From IMG/VR virus record IMGVR_UViG_3300020055_000012, positions 15,405-79,404 of that record: 64,000 nt of DNA; one strand, written 5' to 3'. Shown piece after piece: positions 44,768 through 55,333 of this stretch; the stretch's first letter is position 1; each line of letters starts with the position of its first letter. The notes beneath the pieces were generated by a model that searched no databases, was not told the DNA's origin, and was given only the letters and a program-made list of their open reading frames with translations. The position numbers and the translations under genes are program-made. The stretch comes from a virus.

Positions 44768-45817
44768 TTAACCTCCAGCAAACATTCCTGAACCTGAAGC
44801 TAAACCTAATCCTTTCCAGTTAATAGTGTCAGCAGGTCTATAAATTACAGTCTTTTCTTTTTTGTCTGCACCCCACAAACCTTCATAATTGTCAGCTTCT
44901 GCTTGTTTCATTAATTCTTCAACTGAAGCACTAAGTAAATAGCCTTGTTTAGCCCAAGCTTTAGCTCGTGTTTTAAGGTCATTTTCTAATTTTTTCTTTT
45001 TAGCTTTAGGGCTAGTTCCAAGCCAATCACCTAACCAACCTTCTTCCATAGAAACTCCATATTCATCTAAACTTTCCATAACAAGATTTAACTCTTTTTC
45101 TAGCTCTGCCATTTTTTTATCTTTAGCTTGCTTTTCAATATGGTTTTTAGCAGCTTTTTTAGCTTCAGATAAAATAAAAGACTTTAATTCAGACTTAGTA
45201 TAAGATTCTTTTAAATCTATATTACTTCCATCAATTTCAATACCAGCAGCTATTCTTTCTGTTGGCTCTTCAGCATCTTTTTCTGGCATTCTTTCGTGCA
45301 CTTCAGCTTTAGCTTGACCTGCAGTATGTGTAGAACCTCCTTTTTCAGCACCAGCAGAAACATAAGTTTTTGCTTCCTTATCTACTAATTTATCTTCAGA
45401 ATTCATTTTTAAATTTTCAACTCTATCATCAAATGGACCAGAAGCTTTTGCAGATTGAACATCTTTTTTAGAAGTAAAGTTAGCTTTAGCTTGACCTGTT
45501 GTGTGACCAACTCCACCTTTTTTAGCTCCTGCATCTACTTTAACTGCAACTGCAGCTTTTTCATCAGAACCTTGGTCGCTATCTTTTTGGTTCATTTTAG
45601 GCATTTTTGCAGGTTCACCTTCTTTTTCTACTTTTTTAGAAGGGTCTTTATAAGCAAGTGCTTTATCGGAATCTCCTAACTCATCATGTGAGTTCATATC
45701 AACATCATAAACATTAACTGAAGCGCTTACAGCTTCTGACTCTTTTAATGTTTCTTGTTTTAATTTAGACGCTTCTTCTTTTATCATTTTAAAAAGCTCT
45801 TCTTTAGTAATTTCCAT
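44768..45817 (-). CDS. Probable internal head/scaffold-like protein
   Basis: MEITKEELFKMIKEE; internal repeat V.AGA.KGG..HT.GQAKA; C-terminal EG...F...P segment related to 43591-44313. Confidence 0.55.
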   Translation of the reverse strand: MEITKEELFKMIKEEASKLKQETLKESEAVSASVNVYDVDMNSHDELGDSDKALAYKDPSKKVEKEGEPAKMPKMNQKDSDQGSDEKAAVAVKVDAGAKKGGVGHTTGQAKANFTSKKDVQSAKASGPFDDRVENLKMNSEDKLVDKEAKTYVSAGAEKGGSTHTAGQAKAEVHERMPEKDAEEPTERIAAGIEIDGSNIDLKESYTKSELKSFILSEAKKAAKNHIEKQAKDKKMAELEKELNLVMESLDEYGVSMEEGWLGDWLGTSPKAKKKKLENDLKTRAKAWAKQGYLLSASVEELMKQAEADNYEGLWGADKKEKTVIYRPADTINWKGLGLASGSGMFAGG

Positions 45818-45961
45818 TTTATCTAGGTATTTTAAAATTATATATTTCTTGTAGTACATATAAATATAAAGAAAAAAGAAAAATTCATTTTTTTAAACAA
45901 CCTTATTGGTTTTGCTTTAAAATAAAATCTTTGTATATTTGAAATAATAAAAATCAAGCTT

Positions 45962-46501
45962 ATGAAAGACATGGGAGACCTAATTGGTCACTTCACAATA
46001 AGAAATGATGATGGGCTAGATTTGTTTAGAATTTATTTTTATGAAAATGGCATATCTTTCGATAAAAATTTTTTAAAAGGAGTCATAGAAAAAAATGAAA
46101 TATATAAAGATTTTTGTAAAATAAATATTGATTGGATATCAGGTTCTCTATCAAAAGAGGAAGCTACTGAATTAATAATGAAAATTTTAGAAAAAAATCA
46201 AGATTATTTATCAAACTTTTTTATAAACAAATCTAAAGATGAATCACAGTCTTATTTAAATGAAGATGACAATTCAATTTATTTTAAACACTTAAAAGAA
46301 AATGGAAAACTTAATGAGATAGACAGAAAGTTTTTTGAGTCTAAAATAAAAGATGAAAATATTGGAGAATACTATGTTGAAAACATAGAAAAATCTAAGT
46401 CTAAATTTACTAAGTTTTATACCTACAAATCTACAGAAGGTAAAGATTGTTTTATAATGGTAATTGATAATAAAATTAAAATAGGTTTTGCTGAAAAATA
46501 A
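45962..46501 (+). CDS. Hypothetical protein
   Basis: ORF track; TATATTTG upstream. Confidence 0.5.
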   Translation: MKDMGDLIGHFTIRNDDGLDLFRIYFYENGISFDKNFLKGVIEKNEIYKDFCKINIDWISGSLSKEEATELIMKILEKNQDYLSNFFINKSKDESQSYLNEDDNSIYFKHLKENGKLNEIDRKFFESKIKDENIGEYYVENIEKSKSKFTKFYTYKSTEGKDCFIMVIDNKIKIGFAEK

Positions 46502-47015
46502 AAACATATCAGATTTAATACTTGAAAATTTTGAATTATCATTAACAGCCTCCCAGTCCGAGAAGTTATATAAAAATCATATTGGAAACGAATCTTGGTT
46601 AGAGATAAAAGATTTCCTTATGAAAGAAGTGAATTATATATGTCAAGGTTGTGGCTTTAAACCTTTTGATAAAAACTTTCTGGAAATGCATGTTGTTTCT
46701 GAAAGTGTTGACGACCTTAATTCTTTTAAGGTTTGTTCTTTATGTAAAACATGTCACACTCTACAACACATTGATATAGCTTCTGAGATGGGTTGGATTA
46801 AATTGTGTAATTCAATTTACAGTCAAAAAAAAATTATACATATATGTCGTTCTGGGAATTCTAATCTAATGGAAAAAATACATCTAGGAGAAATAATGTT
46901 ATTAAATGAAGACCCAAAAGTTTATTGTGAAAAATTAAAATCTGACATATTTTATAAAAGAAAGAAATTAAAAGCTATTTTTGGAAAAAATTTCCCCAAA
47001 GAAAGGTTAAAGTAA
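46488..47015 (+). CDS. HNH-like Zn-binding protein
   Basis: CQGCG...LEMH...LCKTCHTLQH. Confidence 0.55.
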   Translation: MLKNKNISDLILENFELSLTASQSEKLYKNHIGNESWLEIKDFLMKEVNYICQGCGFKPFDKNFLEMHVVSESVDDLNSFKVCSLCKTCHTLQHIDIASEMGWIKLCNSIYSQKKIIHICRSGNSNLMEKIHLGEIMLLNEDPKVYCEKLKSDIFYKRKKLKAIFGKNFPKERLK

Positions 47016-47020
47016 ATAAA

Positions 47021-47191
47021 TTGGACAACAAAGAGTTATATCATATATATTCAAAGCATAAAACAAGATTTGATGAAGAAACTTTAGAATACTATTTAAT
47101 TCTTGAGGCTGAAAAAGCAGAAAAGCAAATAAAGCTTAACGAAATATTGTACTATAAAAAATTATTAATAGAAAAAAAGATTAAATTATAA
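47021..47191 (+). CDS. 56-aa hypothetical protein with YYKKLLIEK motif (below ORF-track cutoff)
   Basis: TTG start, open to TAA overlapping the next ATG. Confidence 0.55.
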   Translation: MDNKELYHIYSKHKTRFDEETLEYYLILEAEKAEKQIKLNEILYYKKLLIEKKIKL

Positions 47192-49119
47192 TGAGTAATA
47201 TAGATTTAAAAGAAATAAAGAAAAGTTTTTGTTTTCACCACTTAGAAGGGGAAAAAGAAGTTTATTTTTGTTCTTGCGGAAAAAAAATAACTGAAGAAAA
47301 CAATAAAGCAAAAGAAGATGAAATAACTTTAGACATAGAAACTAATTCATCTTTAGATGTGGACATAATGGATAGGTTTGATACTTCTGTTAATGTAGTT
47401 TGTCCAAAATGTAAAAAAAATTACTCAAAAGCAAAAAACTTAGAAACCATAAAAGATTCTAATTCTTTTTTCTATGGATACTTTAAGTGTGAGAATAATG
47501 AGGAAGAGCTAATTTTATATAAGAAAAAAATAAAATCATCTTGTACACTAAAGTCCAGATATGTTAGATTTAAGGAAACTCAATCTTATCTGTCAGTTGA
47601 TAAAAAAAATAAAAAAGTTTTTTACAAAGCTTATGACAAGAAAGAAAGTGTAGAATTTAATCTGGACGAATTGGTTCTTATAATAAATAATTTTTACAAA
47701 AACGAAGATTTATCTGTAATAAACAATCTTTTTGAAATACACCATTTTTTAAACAACCTAGCCAGCCTAGTGGTAGACTCTAAAAATATGGATATTGTAG
47801 AAGGTTTGATGAACCAAATGATAGGAAGACCTGGCTTAGATGTTATGATGAAAATTAACACTATATTTTTTGGTATAATATGTTATTCAAACCTTTCAAC
47901 TATAGCACTAACAAAAGGTACTGTATTTCTTTATGATATGATGAGCGAATGTAAAATGCCCAACGTTTCAGTCCTTTCAGACAATAATGTAACTTCACCA
48001 CTTAATATATTTAATTTCTTAGTTTCTTTAGAGAATGACGAAATACAAAAAGAAATAGATTCAGAAACTTTGAAAGATGAAAAGTTTGTTTATAAATCTA
48101 AAAATGGAAAAACAAAAAATATATTTTATGATTTAGAAAGGTGGGGATTTAAAGGTTCTAAGAAGATAAACATATCAGATGGTAAAATTAATGTCAGAGA
48201 AGATATAAAAAACAAATCTGTATCTAAATTTATCTTCAATAAAATTAATAAATTTGAAGACTATAAAAATTTAATAAAATTTACAAAGTTTATAACTTAT
48301 GAAGAACTTATAAGTTTAGTTATGAAATATGATGTAGATTATATTATAAATTTATTCAAAATTGTAGAATTTAGAGATGATATTAATATGTCAAGTTTAA
48401 GGCAAATAATACCTATTACACTAGATTTTTTAAACAACAAAAATAAAATAGACCCTAGCTATAATTTAGACAGAATTCAAGAATTGGCTGGCATTAAGGT
48501 TGAAAAAGCTAAAGATGACAATATTGTAGAACCTAAAGAAGAAAAAAAGATAAACTACTCTTTTTTGCAACAGTTTAGTTTTTATAATTATGATGATTCT
48601 GTAAGGATGATTAATGCTTTAAATTGGGATATAAATAAAGATTTCAAAAAAATAAAAACAGTTGACGGAATTAATGAGTATCACGACAAATTAGTTTCTT
48701 ATTTTAACTTACTAAGCGATAAAGAAAAAAATGAAAAATTTAAAAAGTTTGCTGAGAAATTTAAGTTTTTAGAAAGCGAAAAAGAAGGGTTTAAAATAAA
48801 GTTGCTAATGACTCCTCAAATGGTTTTAAATGCTGCTAAAGATTTAAAAAACTGTGCAGGTTCTTATGTTACAAGAATTAGCAAAGGCAGATATATTTTG
48901 CTTATGGCTTATGATAAAAGAAAAGATAAGACTTCTGAAGATGAAAATCAGCTTATGATTGGAATGCATGTTAATAAGCAAGGTTTAGAATTCGAACAAT
49001 TAAAAGGTAATTGTAATAGAGCTGCATCAAATGTTCAAAAAGAAATAATAATGGAATATCTTAAAGAAAAAGATATTTCATACAAAGAAGTTAGGGATTT
49101 GAGAATTGTAAGACAATAA
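47191..49119 (+). CDS. PcfJ-like domain protein
   Basis: C-terminal EYHDKL...AKDLKNCAGSYV.RI..G.Y...FEQLKG.CN; N-terminal CSCG/CPKC. Confidence 0.65.
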   Translation: MSNIDLKEIKKSFCFHHLEGEKEVYFCSCGKKITEENNKAKEDEITLDIETNSSLDVDIMDRFDTSVNVVCPKCKKNYSKAKNLETIKDSNSFFYGYFKCENNEEELILYKKKIKSSCTLKSRYVRFKETQSYLSVDKKNKKVFYKAYDKKESVEFNLDELVLIINNFYKNEDLSVINNLFEIHHFLNNLASLVVDSKNMDIVEGLMNQMIGRPGLDVMMKINTIFFGIICYSNLSTIALTKGTVFLYDMMSECKMPNVSVLSDNNVTSPLNIFNFLVSLENDEIQKEIDSETLKDEKFVYKSKNGKTKNIFYDLERWGFKGSKKINISDGKINVREDIKNKSVSKFIFNKINKFEDYKNLIKFTKFITYEELISLVMKYDVDYIINLFKIVEFRDDINMSSLRQIIPITLDFLNNKNKIDPSYNLDRIQELAGIKVEKAKDDNIVEPKEEKKINYSFLQQFSFYNYDDSVRMINALNWDINKDFKKIKTVDGINEYHDKLVSYFNLLSDKEKNEKFKKFAEKFKFLESEKEGFKIKLLMTPQMVLNAAKDLKNCAGSYVTRISKGRYILLMAYDKRKDKTSEDENQLMIGMHVNKQGLEFEQLKGNCNRAASNVQKEIIMEYLKEKDISYKEVRDLRIVRQ

Positions 49120-49521
49120 TTATATCTTTTTTATTTTAAGAGCATCAAAATAAGACTGTCCATAATTAACAAACAACTCTTCTCCTTTTGATACTTTTTT
49201 AATTGTTTTGTAAACCATAACATCTTTTTCATTATCAGAGTAATAAGTTACATTGTTGTTATCATTATGGTTGTAAATTTCAGCCCATCCCAAAACCATA
49301 ACAGGATGCCTTTGTTTAGCATCAATGTTTGTAGGCCAACTAAATAGATAGTTTTTGAATTCTTTTGTTGAATCTTTAAAAGGAACGCTATATATATGTA
49401 TTACTGGGCACTCTTCTAATATAGTTCCTGCTTCTATATCTTCTGTAGCAAAAACTCCCCAACGATGAACTGGTGATTTTTTTACTATACCAAATTTGTT
49501 TGAAATTAAGTCTTTTGACAT
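49120..49521 (-). CDS. SET-domain protein (putative lysine methyltransferase)
   Basis: SPVHRWGVFATEDI, YNHND..N, GEELFVNYG. Confidence 0.85.
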   Translation of the reverse strand: MSKDLISNKFGIVKKSPVHRWGVFATEDIEAGTILEECPVIHIYSVPFKDSTKEFKNYLFSWPTNIDAKQRHPVMVLGWAEIYNHNDNNNVTYYSDNEKDVMVYKTIKKVSKGEELFVNYGQSYFDALKIKKI

Positions 49522-49562
49522 AATGTCAATTATACCATATAATTAAGAAAAGTAAATAATAT

Positions 49563-49748
49563 TTAAGGCATTTTACTAGTGCATAAAGTCTTAAAACTAT
49601 TAAACACACTTTTCTCACTAACTTTTAAATCAGCATAAGATACAATTACTTGTTCATCTTCTCCTGACTCATTTGTATACTGAATAATCATTCTTTCTGG
49701 AACTCCGTCTAAATTGTATTGTATTACTGTTTGTTTAATTGTGTTCAT
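49563..49748 (-). CDS. Small protein downstream of fibre genes (possible fibre chaperone)
   Basis: ORF track; position. Confidence 0.4.
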   Translation of the reverse strand: MNTIKQTVIQYNLDGVPERMIIQYTNESGEDEQVIVSYADLKVSEKSVFNSFKTLCTSKMP

Positions 49749-49759
49749 AATTTTTATTT

Positions 49760-52387
49760 TTATCCTATTAACATGTTTCCGTAAGCATCTGGTGTATTAA
49801 TTTGTTGGTTTGGGTTTGTGGAATTAACAGGGGTTGACATACCCTTAAAAGTGTTACCTCCCCAATAGCCAAAATTTGTAACAACTGTAGCATTAATTGC
49901 ATTAGCGAAGTTATTAACCGTTTCTAAATTACAATTAAATATTTCAAACCCAGTTGTAGTAGCATTTATACAAATAACAGCATGACCAGTAGGGTCATCG
50001 AAACTAGATTTTACATAACAGTTTTTTATTTTAGCATCATTGACTAACCTAACTCCTTGTAAAGCTGTTGATTCAAATGTACAATTATTTGCTTGAGTGT
50101 TAACTCCTGATAACTGTGCGCCATAAGAAACTGTGGAATAAAAGTTACAATTTTCTATTTTTTTCACCGCAGTTATCAAGCCAGCTAAGCCAGCACTAGA
50201 GTAAAATGTACAACCTATTATACTACTAGCACTACTACTAAAATCAACTGCATTTCCTCCATTACTATAGACAGAGCAGTTTTTTAATATAGATGTTCCT
50301 GTTCCTGTTGTAACTCCAACACCCCCCAAACTTACTATACTACAATTTAAAACATTGCCACCCCACACATTTAAGCCCACACTATTAGTAGATAATAGAC
50401 TACTATTCTGCAATATGGTTGAATTGCTTATTCTATTAGCAGCATAACTTTTAATTTTAATACCTTGTAATCTGCCTGAATTAGATAAAAAACCATAACC
50501 ACCAGTACTATCTGATATAAATGTACCACCATAGACAGAAGCATTTCCATAATATGATATAGATGTTATATTGTAAAATATAACGCCTTCTAAATACAAT
50601 TCAGAATTAGGTGAATTATAACCATCTAAAGCAGCATTCGTTGAAGATAGTGATGGACCTCCACTTCTTTTAAACATACCGTTAAATATGTTTACAGTAA
50701 TATTGTCTGGCAATGTTATTAATTCGACTGTACCACTATTTATATTTTCATATTTATGTCCATTTAAATTTATATTAACACCATCTTTTAAAGTTACAGT
50801 ACTAGAACTGTCAACTGTTACGTCAGCAAACATTTCCACAGTTTGACCAGAACTTGCAGCATTTATAGCTGTTTGAAAATCTGAATAATAAGTATAAGTT
50901 CCTCCACTATCAGAAATTCCAAAAGCATCTAACAAAAGAGAAGTGTCACCAGTTACAACAAAACCATTAGAATCTAAACCTAAATTGATTAAAGGAGGAT
51001 TACTGCCCACTGTTCCAATGTTTAAGTTTGGAACATACACACTATCGCTAGTGGTCGCAGTTATGTTAGCGCCACCTATTATTGACACATTTCTAAGGTC
51101 ACTATTTATTGTATGACCAGAACCTGCAACTATAGAAGATTCTGTAACTCCAGAACTAATAGATGAGCTTTTTGTGGTTAAGAATGTTGCTTTTTTATTT
51201 TGAGCGCTTGAGAATACATCTTGACTTGTATTATCTTCAAGTGTTAATTCAGATGAATTAAGACCTATCTGTAATGCACCGCCTGCTCCATCTACTTGGT
51301 ACTGTGAAAATGGACGTGTTCTATGGTCAAGCTCAAGATAAGTATTATATCCGTTTGTGAATATTGCAAGATATTCATTCTCTATATAAACTCCAGAATC
51401 AGAAAATGTGCCACCTGAATTGTCAAAAAGAACAATACTATCTCCACCTTCTCTTAAATTTAAATATCCACCACCATTTTCTGCTTGAATAGTTTGTCCA
51501 TCAGATGTTGTATTTCCAAAGTTTAATGTCTGGGAAAGCGTTTCATTTCCTCCTGCACCAAATATATTATAAAGGTCAGTTCCTGCCGAATATATAACAC
51601 CACTATTTTCAGCAAGTCTAGCGTTTTGAGTGTACAATGAATCATCTTGTGTTGCTGTAATATTTGCACCACCAACAATTGCTGTGTTTGTAACTCCTGC
51701 GTTTATTGTTGCATTTCTGGAGCTTACTATTACAGCACTCTTGTCATTGTCACCAGTTGTTGCATTTGTAGTAATATTGTTTGTTACCTTTATCTCATCA
51801 ATCTCATCATAAACGCCAACACCATTTAAAACACCAATCTGAACACTCCTACCATCTCCAGATGTATTATAAAGCACAATATCCCCAGAGCCATTTGCAA
51901 GCTCTAAAATTTGATAGTAGCCACCTGCAAATAGTGCCTGATAGTTTGAGCCGTGGTCCATGTAAAGACCTTGTTCTGCAAGACCACCTGAATCAGTGGT
52001 TAAAGCAACTCTTCCGTTTGTTCCATATCTAAGATTAAGCTCGCCTCCACCATTTTCTGCCTGAATAGTTTGTCCATCAGATGTTGTATTTCCAACGGCA
52101 AGAACTTCAGAAAGGTTTTGAGGATTACCTATTAAACTAGACAAATCAGTAGACCCAGAATAAATAGTTGTGGCACTTATTGAATTTAAAGAACCTGAAT
52201 TTAAAGAAATATCACTATCAAGATTGACTGTATAATTAGAAAGAGTCCCACCAGTACTAACATTAATATTTGTACCTCCCGAAACGGTAGTAACAGTACC
52301 ACCACTCATACTTATGTGAGCAAAATTATGATTTATTTTGATTCTTCCTTCGTTGGGGTTATCAGTAGGTAGTATTAATTCAAACAT
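49760..52387 (-). CDS. Tail fibre/spike with C-terminal right-handed beta-helix (depolymerase-like)
   Basis: ELILPTDNPNEGRIKIN anchor; YSDFQTAINAASSGQTV followed by I.NC.F repeats. Confidence 0.7.
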   Translation of the reverse strand: MFELILPTDNPNEGRIKINHNFAHISMSGGTVTTVSGGTNINVSTGGTLSNYTVNLDSDISLNSGSLNSISATTIYSGSTDLSSLIGNPQNLSEVLAVGNTTSDGQTIQAENGGGELNLRYGTNGRVALTTDSGGLAEQGLYMDHGSNYQALFAGGYYQILELANGSGDIVLYNTSGDGRSVQIGVLNGVGVYDEIDEIKVTNNITTNATTGDNDKSAVIVSSRNATINAGVTNTAIVGGANITATQDDSLYTQNARLAENSGVIYSAGTDLYNIFGAGGNETLSQTLNFGNTTSDGQTIQAENGGGYLNLREGGDSIVLFDNSGGTFSDSGVYIENEYLAIFTNGYNTYLELDHRTRPFSQYQVDGAGGALQIGLNSSELTLEDNTSQDVFSSAQNKKATFLTTKSSSISSGVTESSIVAGSGHTINSDLRNVSIIGGANITATTSDSVYVPNLNIGTVGSNPPLINLGLDSNGFVVTGDTSLLLDAFGISDSGGTYTYYSDFQTAINAASSGQTVEMFADVTVDSSSTVTLKDGVNINLNGHKYENINSGTVELITLPDNITVNIFNGMFKRSGGPSLSSTNAALDGYNSPNSELYLEGVIFYNITSISYYGNASVYGGTFISDSTGGYGFLSNSGRLQGIKIKSYAANRISNSTILQNSSLLSTNSVGLNVWGGNVLNCSIVSLGGVGVTTGTGTSILKNCSVYSNGGNAVDFSSSASSIIGCTFYSSAGLAGLITAVKKIENCNFYSTVSYGAQLSGVNTQANNCTFESTALQGVRLVNDAKIKNCYVKSSFDDPTGHAVICINATTTGFEIFNCNLETVNNFANAINATVVTNFGYWGGNTFKGMSTPVNSTNPNQQINTPDAYGNMLIG

Positions 52388-52405
52388 TCTTTATTAATTC
52401 ATAAA

Positions 52406-55333
52406 TTAGGTTAAAGTTATGTCAACTGCTTGCCCTGGTGTGTTTACAGTCATATTTAAAAACTGTTCTTCAACAGCTAATAAAGTTATTTTTGCTCCAT
52501 TATGAAGAGCACTTGCGTTATAATCAAAAACTATAGTTGAATTTGTACGTAAAGCTTTGTTCCCAGTTTCAGTTGATATAAGACCGAAATAAGGAGTATC
52601 ACCAGTGTTGGTAACGCCAAAACCAAGATTTGCGTTCGAGCCAACATTTCTACTAATAACAAAAACATATTCTGTACCATAAGTTAAAGGGTTACTTGAG
52701 TCAAAATTAAAATCTATATTATTTGTTGCTGTAGACAAGTCTACAAAAAACAAAGTATTACTAGGATAAACACTTTCATCTAATGTTATTGTTTGACTTA
52801 CAGAATTGGTTATTGTTACATGATTATATGTACCAGTCATTTGTCCAACTGAAAATAAATTGGGAACATATACAGTATCATCAGTTGCTCCTGTTATGTT
52901 TTGACCCCCTAAAACAGCACTTCTATTACCAGTTACAACTGAACTGCTTGAATGTACAAAAGAAGCAGTACCAGAAACAACAGAATTAGAGCCACCAGCA
53001 TGAGAACTCGCTCCAAGTGCCCAATTACTATCATTTTGAGCGTGAGAATAATTGCCGCCTGCAACAGTAGCACTACCTTCAGAGTGCGATGTAGTTCCAG
53101 AAGCCAATGTGCCAGCTCCTTCAGCATGAGAATATATATTTACAGCTTGATTATTCCACCCTTCAACGTGACAAGCTGTAGCAGTAGCGGTAGTTTGCCA
53201 TCCTTCAGCGTGAGACATTTCACCACTAGCAATTGTGCCAGCTCCTTCAGCATGAGCACTGTTATTAGATGCAGTATTTGGGTCGTTACCTATTTTTCCT
53301 CCATATCCACCCTCTACGTGAGAAGCTCTACCAGAAGCTACGTTACCAGATTCACCTTCAGAATGAGAAGCTTGACCTGATGATACAGTTAAATAACCTT
53401 CAGCATGTGAATAAAAAGCGCTGGCAGTTGTTTGCCTACCTTCAGCATGCGAATATTCTCCACTAGCTATTGCAAGGTAGCCTTCAGCATGAGCTGTAAT
53501 TCCTGTTGCTTGAGTTTGCCACCCTTCAGCATGAGAATAGTTTCCATTAGCTGTTGTAGAAATGCCCTCAGCATGTGAAGCAATGCCGCTCGCTGTTGTT
53601 TCACGACCTTCAGCATGTGAATAGTTTGCAAAAGCTCTTGTAGCAGCGCCTTCAGCGTGTGAATAATCACCACTTGCTGTAGAACCTGATTGTCCAATTA
53701 TATTACCCCCTTCAGCATGGGCATAAAGACCTGTTGCGTGAGTGTCATTTCCTTCAGCATGAGCTCCTTGACCAGAAGATGTAGTGGCCAAACCTTCAGC
53801 GTGAGAATAACTTGCACTAGCTAATGTATTAAGACCTTCAGCGTGTGAATAATTTCCGATTGATTTTGTTGAACCACCTTCAGAGTGAGACCAATCACCA
53901 CTAGCTGTTGTGCTTTGACCCTCAGCGTGTGAATATTCACCACTTGCAATTGTTTGCCTACCTTCAGCATGAGACCAATTACCACTTGCTGTTGCTTGTT
54001 GTCCTTCAGCATGTGAATAAAAAGCGCTGGCTGTTGTTTGTCTACCTTCAGCATGTGAATATTCCCCGCTAGCTATTGTAAGGTAACCTTCAGCGTGAGC
54101 TGTAGTTCCTGTTGCTTGAGTTTCTTGACCTTCAGCATGAGCTCCTACACCAGAAGATATAGTGTTTTGACCTTCTGCGTGAGAAGCAACGCCACTAGCT
54201 ATTGTAGTTTCACCTTCAGCATGAGATTGGTTACCACTAGCCAACGTATTAAATCCTTGAGAGTGAGATGCATCGCCACTTGCGGTTGTGTTCCACCCTT
54301 CTGCATGAGAACCTGGACCACTAGCTATATTAAAATACCCCTTACCAGGGTAACCACCCTCTGCGTGAGATGCCTCACCACTAGCGATGTTTTGATAACC
54401 TTCGGCATGTGAATAATCACCGCCTGCCGTTGTGCCATTACCATAAGCAATAGAAGTAGAGCCACTTGCTAAGTTTCCACTTCCATTATTTGCTATAATT
54501 GAATTTGCACCTGTTGATGCAGACCAAAGGTCTCCAGAACTTGTAGAGAATATAGTATAAAGGTCTGTTCCAGCAGAATAGATAACTCCACTATTTTCAG
54601 CAAGTCTAGCGTTTTGAGCATACAATGAATCGTCTTGTGTTGCTGTGATATTTAATCCTCCAACAATTGCTGTGTTTGTAACTCCTGCGTTTATGGTTGA
54701 ATTTCTTGAAGAAACAAACACACTATTTTTATCAGCATTTTTTGTTACTGCATTATTTGTTACGTTTAAATGTATCATTATATCATCCCATCCGCTTGGT
54801 ATCGCTGGAAAGTCGCCAACGATAGCTATACCAACACCACTTGTATCTGCAGGTCCATATGCTAAATAAGAACTTTTTTGGTCTAGATACACCCAACCAT
54901 TTTCATAAGTGCCACCAGAATTTCCAAGAAGAACAATATTGTCAGAACCTTCTCTTAATTTAAGGACACCCCCTCCACTAGCTGCTTCTATTTTTTGACC
55001 GTTATCAATAACAATATCATTAGCTCCAGTTGTGTTTCCAACAGCAAGAACTTGAGAAAGGTTTTGAGAGCCACCACCAGAACTAATTAAATCACTTAAG
55101 TTCGTACTTCCTGAGTATATAGTTGTAGCGCTTATTGAGTTCCCAGAAACAGAATTTAAAGAAATATTATCATCAAGATTTATAGTAACATTACTAACTG
55201 TACCTCCAGTACTAATATTTGAACCTCCATTAACTACTGTAGGGGTAGCTCCACTCATAAAAATGGAATTAAAATTATTATTTATTTTAATTCTTCCTTG
55301 ATTTGGCGAGTCTCCTGGCAATATTAATTCCAT
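52406..55333 (-). CDS. Tail fibre with long YadA-head-like (SHAEG) repeat array
   Basis: About 30 14-aa ASG..SHAEG..T repeats; same N-terminal anchor. Confidence 0.8.
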   Translation of the reverse strand: MELILPGDSPNQGRIKINNNFNSIFMSGATPTVVNGGSNISTGGTVSNVTINLDDNISLNSVSGNSISATTIYSGSTNLSDLISSGGGSQNLSQVLAVGNTTGANDIVIDNGQKIEAASGGGVLKLREGSDNIVLLGNSGGTYENGWVYLDQKSSYLAYGPADTSGVGIAIVGDFPAIPSGWDDIMIHLNVTNNAVTKNADKNSVFVSSRNSTINAGVTNTAIVGGLNITATQDDSLYAQNARLAENSGVIYSAGTDLYTIFSTSSGDLWSASTGANSIIANNGSGNLASGSTSIAYGNGTTAGGDYSHAEGYQNIASGEASHAEGGYPGKGYFNIASGPGSHAEGWNTTASGDASHSQGFNTLASGNQSHAEGETTIASGVASHAEGQNTISSGVGAHAEGQETQATGTTAHAEGYLTIASGEYSHAEGRQTTASAFYSHAEGQQATASGNWSHAEGRQTIASGEYSHAEGQSTTASGDWSHSEGGSTKSIGNYSHAEGLNTLASASYSHAEGLATTSSGQGAHAEGNDTHATGLYAHAEGGNIIGQSGSTASGDYSHAEGAATRAFANYSHAEGRETTASGIASHAEGISTTANGNYSHAEGWQTQATGITAHAEGYLAIASGEYSHAEGRQTTASAFYSHAEGYLTVSSGQASHSEGESGNVASGRASHVEGGYGGKIGNDPNTASNNSAHAEGAGTIASGEMSHAEGWQTTATATACHVEGWNNQAVNIYSHAEGAGTLASGTTSHSEGSATVAGGNYSHAQNDSNWALGASSHAGGSNSVVSGTASFVHSSSSVVTGNRSAVLGGQNITGATDDTVYVPNLFSVGQMTGTYNHVTITNSVSQTITLDESVYPSNTLFFVDLSTATNNIDFNFDSSNPLTYGTEYVFVISRNVGSNANLGFGVTNTGDTPYFGLISTETGNKALRTNSTIVFDYNASALHNGAKITLLAVEEQFLNMTVNTPGQAVDITLT

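Noticed and set aside
52950-54430. Regular ~42-bp periodicity with CCTTCAGCATG resembling a CRISPR array
   Set aside because: It is the coding SHAEG 14-aa repeat; units vary at synonymous positions and there are no cas genes
829-54869. Many antisense or alternate-frame ORFs inside long genes (e.g. 829..1080, 3861..4205, 9315..9647, 43880..44326, 52952..53380)
   Set aside because: They lie within well-supported genes and arise from repeat-rich, low-stop frames
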